Shown here piece after piece: positions 18,653-28,219 of a stretch of 64,000 nucleotides of DNA. Every line of letters starts with the position of its first letter. The first letter of the stretch is position 1. Source of the DNA: a virus; the IMG/VR virus record IMGVR_UViG_3300025120_000017, positions 1 to 64,000 of that record; one strand, given 5' to 3'. The notes below the pieces were generated by a model. The model worked only from the letters and a program-made list of their open reading frames with translations. It was not told the origin of the DNA and did no database searches. The position numbers were made by a program, and so were the translations under genes.

Positions 18653-21600
18653 ATGGCATTACCGAGTTATTTAACTACGATAAAGTCTTCAGGAGTATAC
18701 ACGTTTGAGTTTGACCAAAGTCAAATCATTACAAGTACTGTTAGTACATTAAGAATGATTATAGGATTTTCAAAAGTTGGTCCATTCAATACGCCTGTTT
18801 TCTGCGAAGACACTAAATTCTTTACTGGCATTTATGGTGAAAGAGACAAATCTCTAGAGAGAAAAGGTTCTTACTTTCATTTATCTGCTTTAGAAATGCT
18901 AAGAGAGTCGCCTATCATTGCTCTAAACCTAAGAGCTCTTAATGATACATTAGACAAAACTGAGTTTATCAGTTACTCTGCAAATGCATCTGAAATTAAT
19001 CAAAATATTGGAAGCGCTCCGCTATCTAAATATTATGATACTTCTAAGTTTTGGAAACTTGATACTGACGAAGCTTTAAAAAATATTAATAATACATCAG
19101 GATATACTAAATCCATATTGAACTTTGCTAATGTTGGTACTAATTCTGTATCTGTTCTTGTAACAAATAAAAAGATACTAGGACTTGACATTTCTGCTAA
19201 AGATTGGTATGGTGAAGGAAATGTTCCTGAATTTATGGATGAACAAGATTACATTAATGATTATGCAGTAAATGTACAAATTATTAAAGGAGATTTTTCT
19301 GATTACCAAAAACTATCAGTAGATCCACTATTTGGAGATTACTTTGATACAAATGGTCTTAAGAAAACTTATAAAGATACAAATGGAAATGAATTTGATG
19401 GTTTAGATAAATTTGTTGAATTAAAAGAAGTTGTTGTGTTATCATCAATAGATGGTGTAATTATACCAAACTTCTTAGATAAAAATGGAAATGAATTATA
19501 CATTCAAGATATTGTAAACTTACAAACAGCATTCACTGGTATATATTGTGCAGTAGATGAAAACTTGTTTGATACTGGTTCAGTAATTTCTGGTAAAGAT
19601 GGAGGTATTGATTTAATTGGAGGTACTATTGATGGAAACACTGTTTCTGTTATTGACTACCTTGGATACTTTGGTACAATTGCTGAAAATCTTCAATATG
19701 CGGATACTTCTCCTTTTGCTGCAGCAGTTTCTCAGACGTTTATTACAAACACTGCTGATAACATTGCCGATGGTGCATATTCAGGAGCCGCAAATGCTGT
19801 TGTGTCATTAACTGATAACACTGCATATACATCAAGCACTGATAAGTATGACACTATTACAGTTTACTCACCGACATCAGTAGATGCAGCAAAACCTACA
19901 GCAAATGCATTTGCTACTGATGCTCTATGGTTAGCATGGGCTCAGTCAATTAAAGTAAGCTCTTCATTTATAAATATTTCTAAAACTTTAGCAGGTGGTG
20001 GGGCCGGTGGAGTTTCAACTAAATCAGTTGTGAAGGATGTTGCTAGGCTAGCAGATAAGGTTATTATCCAATTAAGTGCTGCTAATGAAACTGCTACTGA
20101 AGAATTATTCATAGATGGATCCACTCTCACTACAAGTACTGATTATAATGTACCTACATTTTCTGCAGTTAAGTTTGTGGCAAGTAATGGTGCAAGTGAT
20201 TATTTAGCATCATATGATTCTAGTGCTGGAGTTGATTTTAGAAGTGGTACATTATCAAGTGGGGATGAAGTTAAAGTAGGAGCATCATCGTTTGAAGTTT
20301 TTACAGTTGTTTCTGCTCAAGGAGATGGAAATGCAGATGATCTTGATACTCTTTTAGGATCTGAGGTACTTTCACACAAGATTACGTATTATACATTTAA
20401 CGCACAGTCAAGTATTACTACTCCGTTAAGTTTTAAGTCAAAAGCAGGAAACATTAATCAGTCATTCACTGTTGTTAAAGTTAATGACTATGAATTTACT
20501 ATTGATAATTCAAGTGGTTTATTCACTGGTAACATTAAACCAGAGGATTTTATTATGAGAGGATTTGAAAATGGTGCAACATTCACTAACATTGATTCAC
20601 GCACAGGTAATACAAGATATACAAGAATTATTTCAGTAAAAGAATCTACTGCTACTATAACAGTTAAGACAAAGGACCCAATTTACTTTACTAATTCTAA
20701 CACATCTGTTGAGAGATATAAATCAGTTCAAAACTTTGTAACTAATTATCAATTTACTAAGCTTGATGGATTTACATTAAGACCTGACACAATGCCTAAT
20801 GGGCAAGCAACAAGACAAGGTGAAATATTAAGTACATTAGTAAACACTGGGTTATTTAATGCTCTTGCAGATAAAGAAGCAATATCATTTAGATATGTAA
20901 TAGATACATTTGAAGGTACAATAGAACCAGGTACTAAAAACATATTAAGTGACCTTTGTAAAACTAGACAGTTTGCTTTTGCTATTCTTAATAGCCCAAG
21001 TGTTAAACAACTAAGTGAATCTACAAATCCACTGTTTAAATTAAATGCACAGTCAAATTATAGCGCTAGGTATATATCAACTGGAGGAAACCAAGAGTTT
21101 AATCCAAGTAATACATTATCATTGCCTACTATTCAACAAGGTGCAAATTATGCAGGTTACTTCCACCCGAATTTAATTCTTAAAGAAGGTGCATCTGTTA
21201 AAACAGTACCACCTGCTCCATATGTTTCAAATAACTTTATGGAGAAGTATAGAACTGCTCAGCCATATTCAATTGTAGCTGGTCCTAGAAGAGGAATTAT
21301 TGCAGGCCAGAATATAACAGGTGTTGAATATGTTTATGATAGAAATGGACTTAATTCACTTGAGCCATTTGGGTTTAATGTAATCTTGCCTAAACAAGGA
21401 TTAGGATTAGTAATTAATTCAAACCAAACAGCACAACAATCTGTTAAGTCAGCATTATCTAAAATACATGTAAGAGAATTATTAATCTATATTGAGGAAG
21501 AGGTTGAAAATATCTTAAAAGGTTACCAATTTGAATTTAACACAGTTCAAACAAGATTGGAAATTAAAACTCTAGTAGATGGATTCTTATCGCAAATACA

Positions 21601-21796
21601 AAATGACCAAGGGTTATATGCGTATGAAACGGTTATGAATTCTGTTAATAATACTCCTGAGGTTATTGATAATGACTTCGGTATTATTGATCTTGCAGTA
21701 GAACCTGTAAAAGGTCTTGAGAAATTAGTTCAGAGAGTTACGATTCTTAAAACTGGTGGAATTGCTTTAGGACAATTCCAAATTCAAGGAACATAA
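18653..21796 (+). CDS. gp18: tail sheath protein
   Basis: SSGVYTFEFD, GFSKVGPFNTP, C-terminal PPAPYV, AGPRRG, SALSKIHVRELL, FEFN, NTPEVIDN. Confidence 0.95.
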   Translation: MALPSYLTTIKSSGVYTFEFDQSQIITSTVSTLRMIIGFSKVGPFNTPVFCEDTKFFTGIYGERDKSLERKGSYFHLSALEMLRESPIIALNLRALNDTLDKTEFISYSANASEINQNIGSAPLSKYYDTSKFWKLDTDEALKNINNTSGYTKSILNFANVGTNSVSVLVTNKKILGLDISAKDWYGEGNVPEFMDEQDYINDYAVNVQIIKGDFSDYQKLSVDPLFGDYFDTNGLKKTYKDTNGNEFDGLDKFVELKEVVVLSSIDGVIIPNFLDKNGNELYIQDIVNLQTAFTGIYCAVDENLFDTGSVISGKDGGIDLIGGTIDGNTVSVIDYLGYFGTIAENLQYADTSPFAAAVSQTFITNTADNIADGAYSGAANAVVSLTDNTAYTSSTDKYDTITVYSPTSVDAAKPTANAFATDALWLAWAQSIKVSSSFINISKTLAGGGAGGVSTKSVVKDVARLADKVIIQLSAANETATEELFIDGSTLTTSTDYNVPTFSAVKFVASNGASDYLASYDSSAGVDFRSGTLSSGDEVKVGASSFEVFTVVSAQGDGNADDLDTLLGSEVLSHKITYYTFNAQSSITTPLSFKSKAGNINQSFTVVKVNDYEFTIDNSSGLFTGNIKPEDFIMRGFENGATFTNIDSRTGNTRYTRIISVKESTATITVKTKDPIYFTNSNTSVERYKSVQNFVTNYQFTKLDGFTLRPDTMPNGQATRQGEILSTLVNTGLFNALADKEAISFRYVIDTFEGTIEPGTKNILSDLCKTRQFAFAILNSPSVKQLSESTNPLFKLNAQSNYSARYISTGGNQEFNPSNTLSLPTIQQGANYAGYFHPNLILKEGASVKTVPPAPYVSNNFMEKYRTAQPYSIVAGPRRGIIAGQNITGVEYVYDRNGLNSLEPFGFNVILPKQGLGLVINSNQTAQQSVKSALSKIHVRELLIYIEEEVENILKGYQFEFNTVQTRLEIKTLVDGFLSQIQNDQGLYAYETVMNSVNNTPEVIDNDFGIIDLAVEPVKGLEKLVQRVTILKTGGIALGQFQIQGT

Positions 21797-21804
21797 AAAA
21801 TAGA

Positions 21805-21842
21805 AAATCTGGGAAGATTTAAAAACCTTCCCAGGTTTCTTA
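21805..21842 (+). terminator. intrinsic terminator
   Basis: CTGGGAAG...CTTCCCAG stem followed by a T-rich tail. Confidence 0.7.
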
Positions 21843-21870
21843 ATAAATAATTAAAAATAATTAAACTATT

Positions 21871-22425
21871 ATGGCAGGATTACCGCATTACAGAAATAGT
21901 AAAGCAGCTGTTAATAAATATGAGCCAGTTTATACTAACCTATTTGAAGTTACTATACTTCCACCTCCTGGTGTTTCAGGTGGCTCTATATTATTAGAGC
22001 ATGTTAGAAGTATAAGTGGCTTAAACACCGAAAAAGGTGCTGAGGTTGTAGAGCAAGAATATAAATTTGCTCAAAGATCTTATGCAAATGGACGGCCTAC
22101 ATCAACTACTGTAGATCTAACAGTTAACTTTTCATTAAACCTTAATGATAACAAAGAAATGTACGTTTATAAAACATTAAGAGATTGGAAGAGACTAATT
22201 TATAACCCACTAACTGGAGAAGAAGGTCTAAAAAAAGATTATGCTGATTCTAGAATGATAGTTACTATGTTTGATAGAACTGGAGATATTTTTTGGCAAA
22301 GAACTTTTCATGACTGTTTTATTGTAAATGATATTCCTGAATTAGGACTTGATTATTCAACAGGAGATCCTCTTGAAATGGAAGTTCAAATTAGATCTGA
22401 CTACTGGACAGAAAACATGGTATAA
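21871..22425 (+). CDS. gp19: tail tube protein
   Basis: Follows the sheath; NLFEV, W..LIYNPLTG, LDY, SDYW ending; 184 aa. Confidence 0.88.
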   Translation: MAGLPHYRNSKAAVNKYEPVYTNLFEVTILPPPGVSGGSILLEHVRSISGLNTEKGAEVVEQEYKFAQRSYANGRPTSTTVDLTVNFSLNLNDNKEMYVYKTLRDWKRLIYNPLTGEEGLKKDYADSRMIVTMFDRTGDIFWQRTFHDCFIVNDIPELGLDYSTGDPLEMEVQIRSDYWTENMV

Positions 22426-22447
22426 GAAACTTTTATAAGAAATTTAC

Positions 22448-22471
22448 GGGCGGGGAAACTCGCCCATTTTT
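22448..22471 (+). terminator. intrinsic terminator
   Basis: GGGCGGG-GAAA-CTCGCCC followed by ATTTTT. Confidence 0.75.
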
Positions 22472-22512
22472 AGGTTTATTAAATAATACGTTAGATATTA
22501 AAAAGCGCAATT

Positions 22513-23529
22513 ATGAATAATAACAAAGATGCAGAAAAGAATGCATTAGATAAGCTTGACCAAGAGCTTAACAAAAACTCTACAAATTCAATCGAAGATC
22601 AGGTAAACAGTTTAGGTAAAGCCGAAGAGTCTGCCTATAGTGAACCTAAAGGGCTAGGAAAGGTTGAAAGATTTGACCACGCAGCACAAGATGTTAAAGA
22701 AACTGAAAAGAAGTTTGGATGGCATAGATTACATGCTGAAAACTTTCCATCTATCGGAAGATATTATGAGACAGATATTAAAGTTGTAATTAAAGCTGCT
22801 ACTGTAAATGAAATTAAACATTTTTCTATAATAGATGAAAGCGACCCATATAGTGTCGATGATGCTATTACTGATTTATTAAAAATATGTGTAAAAGTTT
22901 CATATGATAATAGACAAGGATCTTGGAAAGATATTAAAGAAGAGGATAAGGTATACATCGTATTAGCAATAAGGGAACTTACATTTGCTGAAGATGAAAA
23001 CCGAATATCATTTGAGGTAAAATGCAGCTCATGTAAAGCACCAAACCAAATGGAAATAAAAAATGAAAATTTCCAACGCAGGGAGTTACCTGAGAGAATA
23101 TCAAAATACTATTCTGAAGAGTCTCGGATATTTATAATTAAATCAAAAACTTTTGGAGAAATACGAATGTCACCGCCTAGCATAGGTTCTATGCGAATAA
23201 TTGCTGAGTATATTAAAAATCTTTCACAAGCAGGCGAAGATATTAAAGAGTATATGCCTTTTCTAAAAGTACTTCCATATTTATCACCTGACTGGAGAGG
23301 ATTATCAATTCCTAAGATTAATAATCTTAAAATGGATTTTTTAAGATGGGATAAAAAACAATTCCTATTATACACTCAGCTATCTGAAAAGCTACAAGTT
23401 GGTGTAAAGGAAAAAATGCTAAAGAAATGTGATTCTTGTGCAGAACCTATTGAGGCAGAAATTCAATTACCTACTGGTATTAAAGGATTATTTGTTGAAG
23501 AAGGTATTTTAGATGATGAATTGGAATAA
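22513..23529 (+). CDS. baseplate hub / tail assembly protein (gp26-like)
   Basis: Lies between tube and tape measure; D..YI..AIRE.T motif and two CxxC pairs. Confidence 0.65.
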   Translation: MNNNKDAEKNALDKLDQELNKNSTNSIEDQVNSLGKAEESAYSEPKGLGKVERFDHAAQDVKETEKKFGWHRLHAENFPSIGRYYETDIKVVIKAATVNEIKHFSIIDESDPYSVDDAITDLLKICVKVSYDNRQGSWKDIKEEDKVYIVLAIRELTFAEDENRISFEVKCSSCKAPNQMEIKNENFQRRELPERISKYYSEESRIFIIKSKTFGEIRMSPPSIGSMRIIAEYIKNLSQAGEDIKEYMPFLKVLPYLSPDWRGLSIPKINNLKMDFLRWDKKQFLLYTQLSEKLQVGVKEKMLKKCDSCAEPIEAEIQLPTGIKGLFVEEGILDDELE

Positions 23530-23535
23530 TAAATT

Positions 23536-23557
23536 AAAGGGGTTAATACCCCTTTTT
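23536..23557 (+). terminator. short intrinsic terminator
   Basis: AAAGGGGT-TAAT-ACCCCTTT followed by further Ts. Confidence 0.6.
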
Positions 23558-23570
23558 ATTTCTCTATATA

Positions 23571-23891
23571 ATGGTTTATAAAGTTAAATTAACAAATAAA
23601 CAGCTATTCAAATCGTTTCAGATAGATATTAGGCAGTATTTTACAATGCGTGCTCGTCTATTATATCATTTTAGGTTACAGCCATCTGAATATGAAAATA
23701 GACCTTTTTATGAATATCAATATTATGTTAAAGATCTTATTGATATTTTAAAAGAAAAGAATGAAAGTGAAGATGGTAATAAATATAACGTAGATGATAC
23801 TTATGATAAGATGAAAAACGATTCATCAAAGTATATGAAAGGCATAGGAGGTGGTAAAATGCCAAAAATGCCAAAAATGCCAAAAATATAA
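23571..23891 (+). CDS. baseplate hub assembly protein (gp51-like)
   Basis: QPSEYENRPFYEYQYY resembles the E.E.M.P.E..Y pattern; position; ends (MPK)x3. Confidence 0.55.
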   Translation: MVYKVKLTNKQLFKSFQIDIRQYFTMRARLLYHFRLQPSEYENRPFYEYQYYVKDLIDILKEKNESEDGNKYNVDDTYDKMKNDSSKYMKGIGGGKMPKMPKMPKI

Positions 23892-23900
23892 TAAAACCTA

Positions 23901-26795
23901 ATGGGTGGTAATTTAGTAGTAAACATTCTTGATAAGATATCATCATATGCAGAGGCTAATGTTCAAATCAATGCCCAGATATTAGTTGCTACTAAAAAGA
24001 GTAATGAAATTTTAAGTAAGCAAATACATAATGAGCTTAAAAAACATACAGGTCTTTTAGAAAAATTAATAAAGGCAACTGGCAAATCTGGATCTACATC
24101 ATTTAGTTTATTTGGAGGTGGAGGTAAAATGGTTAAAAAGCTTGCTGCATTTCTTACTGAGATTAGCCCTAAGAAGATTGATGCTATGGGTAAATCAGTC
24201 GGTACTTTAGCTAATTCCATAACTAAGTTCGTTGAATCTATAAATAAGCTAGATGAAAAAAAGCTTACATTAGTTTCAATGTTCTTTACTAAAATGTCAA
24301 AAGGAATAGCGCTATTTGCAATTACTGTTGCACTATCAGCACCATTATTAATAATAGGAACTATAGTCACGCTGCCTCTTATATTACTGTGGGGTGCAGC
24401 TTTTAATTTCTTAGGTAAATACGAAAAACAAATTACATCAGGAGCAAAAACTATTTTTAAAATGGGAGTAGCAGTTGCTGTACTAGCTCTTGCTGTAGCA
24501 GGATTTATATTCATTAATGGAGGTGTTGCTGGGTCAGTAATAAATTCAGCAACAGTAGCTTTTAGTTTATTCATACTGACACTCCCTATGATTTTTATTG
24601 CAAAGAGGTCTAAGAATTTAACTAAAGCTGCTATAGGAATAGCAGTAATGTCATTAGCAATATATTTGTTAGGCTTAGGAATAGAATCTTTCTTTAAGTC
24701 ATTAGGTGCAGCTGCATCAGATCCTATGGCTGCTCTTATTAGTGTAGGAATTGCTGCTCTAGCAATAGCAGTAATTGGCGGTGTTATGTTTGTAATGGGT
24801 AAAATAATGAAACCTATTATTAAAGGAGCCCTTGCAATGATAGTAGCAGGAGTTGCTGTAGTCATAATAGCAAAATCTGTACAGATGTTTATGAAAGCAA
24901 AGGCTACAAAAGAAGACATGGGCTTATTAGGTTTAGTTATTGTTGGCATAGGAGCTGCAATGGCAGTAGCAGGAGCAGGTCCTGTACCTGGGTTTATTTT
25001 AGCAGGAGCCGCAGCGATGATAGTAGCAGGAGTTGCTGTAGTCATAATAGCAAAATCTATACAGATGTATATGAAAGCAAAGGCTACAAAAGAAGACATG
25101 GGCTTATTAGGTGTAACGATAGTTGGATTAGCTGCAGCAATGACACTTATTGGTAATCCATTTACCATAGCATTCACTCTTGCTGGTGCTGGTGCTTTAG
25201 TTGTAATGGGGGCAGGTTTGGTTTTATTTACAAAATCTTTAGAGCAGTATAAAAAAGCAGCATGGACAGATGCAGATTCAACTACTTTAATGTTTGCTAT
25301 GAAAACTATTTTAAAAGGATTTATTAAAATATTTGATGATATTGATAGTGAAGACATTGATAAAGCAATAAAAGGTACTGAACTATTAGGGGATTTAGGT
25401 AACTCAATGTCTCAATTTGCTGAAGGTGTTGCTGCAATGGCAAAGCTACAGGTTCCTACATATGCTGTTAAGAAAGGTAAGCTAGTTTTAGTAGGAACAA
25501 AGCCATTAGATCCTAATTTTGCTCAGCAAGTAGGTGAAAATATTGCTAACATGTTAAATGCAGTTATAGACCCACTTAAAAAGCTAGGAGAAAATGAAGG
25601 AATGTTCTTTGATGGAGCTATAGGTAAAGGAGTAGACTTATTAGGTAGGCTAGGTAATTCTCTAAGTCAGTTTGCTCTAGGTGTTCAAGCGATGGCTAAT
25701 TTACAAGTTCCTACATATGAAGTTAAGAAAGGTAAGCTAGTCCTAAAATCAACAGAGCCAATCTCGCCAACTTTTGCTACAGATTTAGGTACTAACATTG
25801 GCATGATGACAGATGCTCTTATTTTACCAATGAAAAGGTTAGGAGAGCAAGAAGGAATGTTCTTTTCTGGCGCTGTTGGTAAAGGAGTAGACTTATTAGG
25901 TAGGCTAGGTAATTCTCTTGCTAGCTTTGCTTTAGGCGTTCAAGCGATGGCTAATTTACAGGTTCCTGTATATGAAGTTAAGAAAGGTCAGCTAGTCCTA
26001 AAAGACACTAAGCCAATGGATGCAGATTTTACTAAAAATGTTAAGAAAAATATACAAAAATTAGTAAAAGCTCTTACAGGACCTATAGAACTATTAGGAA
26101 CAAAATCAGGAACTTTTTTTAATTCAAATTTTGAAACAGGTCTTAAAATGCTAGGAAAGTTAAGTAAGCCTATATCACAAATTGGTGAAGGAGTTAAGGC
26201 CTTTGCAGCAATGTCAGTAGGAGGGTTTAGTGGAAGAAAGATGGCAAAAGAAATAGGATATTTTGTTAATGGAATCCAAGCAGCATTCAGTAAGAACAGT
26301 GGATATGATGACAGCTCAGAAAGAAATATGAAACAGTTCGGTACATATCTTACTTGGATTTATGCCGCATTTGCTAAAGATGTTAAGGAAAAACCTACAC
26401 AAGCTGTAGGAAATGCTATTAATATAATAAGCAAAGCTGTAAATGAGCTAGATATGAATAAATTAATACAATTGAATAGGTTTATGGATAAATTTACTCT
26501 TATGGCTAAAACTTTAGGAAAGCAGTTTGATAACATTGAGGATACGTTAAAAATGTTAAGGAACATTATTGAAGAGCTGTCATCACTGCAGGAAAATACT
26601 CTTGTGAGTTTTGAAAAATACGGCGGACTTTTACCAGGTGCTAATGATTCAAGTAATCAATCTACAGGTAATGCTTTAAGTAATACTGAAGAAGGTGGTA
26701 AGATAGATGACATAGTAAGTAGTCTTGAAGATCTTCAGGTAATTCTATTAGGTACTCTTGATGTACGTGTAGAAGACAATTTAATTAATGGATAA
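23901..26795 (+). CDS. tape measure protein
   Basis: 964 aa, Ala/Gly-rich, many TM segments and internal repeats, follows tube and hub genes. Confidence 0.8.
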   Translation: MGGNLVVNILDKISSYAEANVQINAQILVATKKSNEILSKQIHNELKKHTGLLEKLIKATGKSGSTSFSLFGGGGKMVKKLAAFLTEISPKKIDAMGKSVGTLANSITKFVESINKLDEKKLTLVSMFFTKMSKGIALFAITVALSAPLLIIGTIVTLPLILLWGAAFNFLGKYEKQITSGAKTIFKMGVAVAVLALAVAGFIFINGGVAGSVINSATVAFSLFILTLPMIFIAKRSKNLTKAAIGIAVMSLAIYLLGLGIESFFKSLGAAASDPMAALISVGIAALAIAVIGGVMFVMGKIMKPIIKGALAMIVAGVAVVIIAKSVQMFMKAKATKEDMGLLGLVIVGIGAAMAVAGAGPVPGFILAGAAAMIVAGVAVVIIAKSIQMYMKAKATKEDMGLLGVTIVGLAAAMTLIGNPFTIAFTLAGAGALVVMGAGLVLFTKSLEQYKKAAWTDADSTTLMFAMKTILKGFIKIFDDIDSEDIDKAIKGTELLGDLGNSMSQFAEGVAAMAKLQVPTYAVKKGKLVLVGTKPLDPNFAQQVGENIANMLNAVIDPLKKLGENEGMFFDGAIGKGVDLLGRLGNSLSQFALGVQAMANLQVPTYEVKKGKLVLKSTEPISPTFATDLGTNIGMMTDALILPMKRLGEQEGMFFSGAVGKGVDLLGRLGNSLASFALGVQAMANLQVPVYEVKKGQLVLKDTKPMDADFTKNVKKNIQKLVKALTGPIELLGTKSGTFFNSNFETGLKMLGKLSKPISQIGEGVKAFAAMSVGGFSGRKMAKEIGYFVNGIQAAFSKNSGYDDSSERNMKQFGTYLTWIYAAFAKDVKEKPTQAVGNAINIISKAVNELDMNKLIQLNRFMDKFTLMAKTLGKQFDNIEDTLKMLRNIIEELSSLQENTLVSFEKYGGLLPGANDSSNQSTGNALSNTEEGGKIDDIVSSLEDLQVILLGTLDVRVEDNLING
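24834..25112 (+). repeat. ~100-bp near-identical duplication at 180-bp spacing in the tape measure gene
   Basis: AMIVAGVAVVIIAKS.QM.MKAKATKEDMGLLG occurs twice. Confidence 0.85.
25370..26135 (+). repeat. three 255-bp (85-aa) repeats in the tape measure gene
   Basis: LLG.LGNS...FA.GV.AMA.LQVP.Y.VKKG.LVL occurs three times at 255-nt spacing. Confidence 0.85.
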
Positions 26796-26849
26796 ATAAA
26801 GACATTTAATAAGATTAACGTCTATTTATATAAAAACATATGTAAACAG

Positions 26850-26878
26850 AAAAGAACCGTAACTAGCGGTTCTTTTTT
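26850..26878. terminator. bidirectional terminator
   Basis: AAAAGAACCG...CGGTTCTTTT between convergent units. Confidence 0.75.
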
Positions 26879-26967
26879 ATCTTAATACTATCTATAATGA
26901 TTCACTTCTTCTTTAATTTTATGTGTAAATGGCATATCATGTCTTTTTCTGTTTTATTCAACATATC

Positions 26968-27528
26968 TTAAATAATTTCATCAATAACACCAAGCTCTAA
27001 TGCTTCACTAGATTTTAAATACCAATCTTGTTTTCTTTTATAAACTTTCTTTAGTTTTTTCTTAGTAATATTAGTGTACTTAATTGTTATTTTTTCTAAT
27101 TTCTTTAAAAGATTTTTTGATTGTTTAATACTTTCTTCCATATCTTTAACTGTACCAGAAGCCCGTGAAGACACTTGGTGATATAGAGGAGTAGAGTGTT
27201 CATATGCAAACCTCTTATGACCACATATAAGTAATACAAACCCACAACTCATAGCAGCCCCTGTGCATATTGTATGTATAGGTGTTTTTGATTTTTCTAT
27301 AACTGAAACAAGACCAAGTATTTGATAGACTTGTCCTCCATATGAATCTATGTATATTTTAACAGGAGATGGGCTATATTCTAAGTTATTGATTTTATAA
27401 AGCTTCTTTAGATATTCATCATTATTATTAATATCTAAAATTTTTTGAGTTAACGCTCCTATAGTCTTTTGGTCTACTTGAGAGCTAAACATAATGGATC
27501 TTTCCATTGGAATAGGTAGTGCATTCAT
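26968..27528 (-). CDS. clpP: ClpP-family serine protease
   Basis: KIYIDSYGG, GAAMSCG (Ser), LYHQ (His), DWYL..EALELGVIDEI. Confidence 0.92.
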   Translation of the reverse strand: MNALPIPMERSIMFSSQVDQKTIGALTQKILDINNNDEYLKKLYKINNLEYSPSPVKIYIDSYGGQVYQILGLVSVIEKSKTPIHTICTGAAMSCGFVLLICGHKRFAYEHSTPLYHQVSSRASGTVKDMEESIKQSKNLLKKLEKITIKYTNITKKKLKKVYKRKQDWYLKSSEALELGVIDEII

Positions 27529-27947
27529 TATTCTAAGTCTTTAATATTTACAATTTTATCTATGCTTTTTGAAATTATATGTACCTTTACATTATCTTTA
27601 TTAATTCGTTCTTTAACTACTACGATTGTTTCAAGAGTCTTAAGTATAAAAAACTGCCCAGGAGTAACAGCTTCAGATGATTCATCTATAATTGCTTTAC
27701 TATCATGTGATACGATATATTTTAAAATATCATTTTGAGTATCAATAATACTAGCAAGCCCTTTAACCATATTAATTAAAAGCTTTTCATTATTAGATGA
27801 TAGGTTAAACGAGTTCGCTAACGGATATTCATCTGAAGATCTTACACCTGGTTTATGAATAGTTGATTGAATATTTTTTATACTCTTTAAGACATTTTCT
27901 ACGTTTGAAAAGTATCTTGCTCCACTTTTAAATTCACTATTATCCAT
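27528..27947 (-). CDS. hypothetical protein
   Basis: 139-aa ORF coupled to clpP. Confidence 0.55.
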   Translation of the reverse strand: MDNSEFKSGARYFSNVENVLKSIKNIQSTIHKPGVRSSDEYPLANSFNLSSNNEKLLINMVKGLASIIDTQNDILKYIVSHDSKAIIDESSEAVTPGQFFILKTLETIVVVKERINKDNVKVHIISKSIDKIVNIKDLE

Positions 27948-27952
27948 TAGAA

Positions 27953-28219
27953 TTATTTTAAGGTTAAAATCAGTTCATCATCATTTTGCTTTATATCATC
28001 AACATGATATATAATGCTATTATATAAAACACGAGTGTCTTTACAAACGCCGTTATCCCAAACACTTTGATATTTTTGTATCTGTAGCATAGAACCATCA
28101 GATAAATGTAATGTAATATACTTATTTGATTTGTTTAGAACTTTATAATTATATGTTCTTTCTAGCAGAAATAGCGTTTCTTGTGAGTTTTTCGTTATTT
28201 TCAATACGTTTTCTTTCAT
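27953..28219 (-). CDS. hypothetical protein
   Basis: 88-aa ORF; start may lie further downstream. Confidence 0.45.
   Translation of the reverse strand: MKENVLKITKNSQETLFLLERTYNYKVLNKSNKYITLHLSDGSMLQIQKYQSVWDNGVCKDTRVLYNSIIYHVDDIKQNDDELILTLK

Noticed and set aside
23963-25357. Long antisense ORFs (464 aa here; also 9664-10251, 39478-40191, 41605-42141 and many shorter ones)
   Set aside because: They shadow well-supported genes on the opposite strand, show no motifs, and are explained by codon bias and repeats
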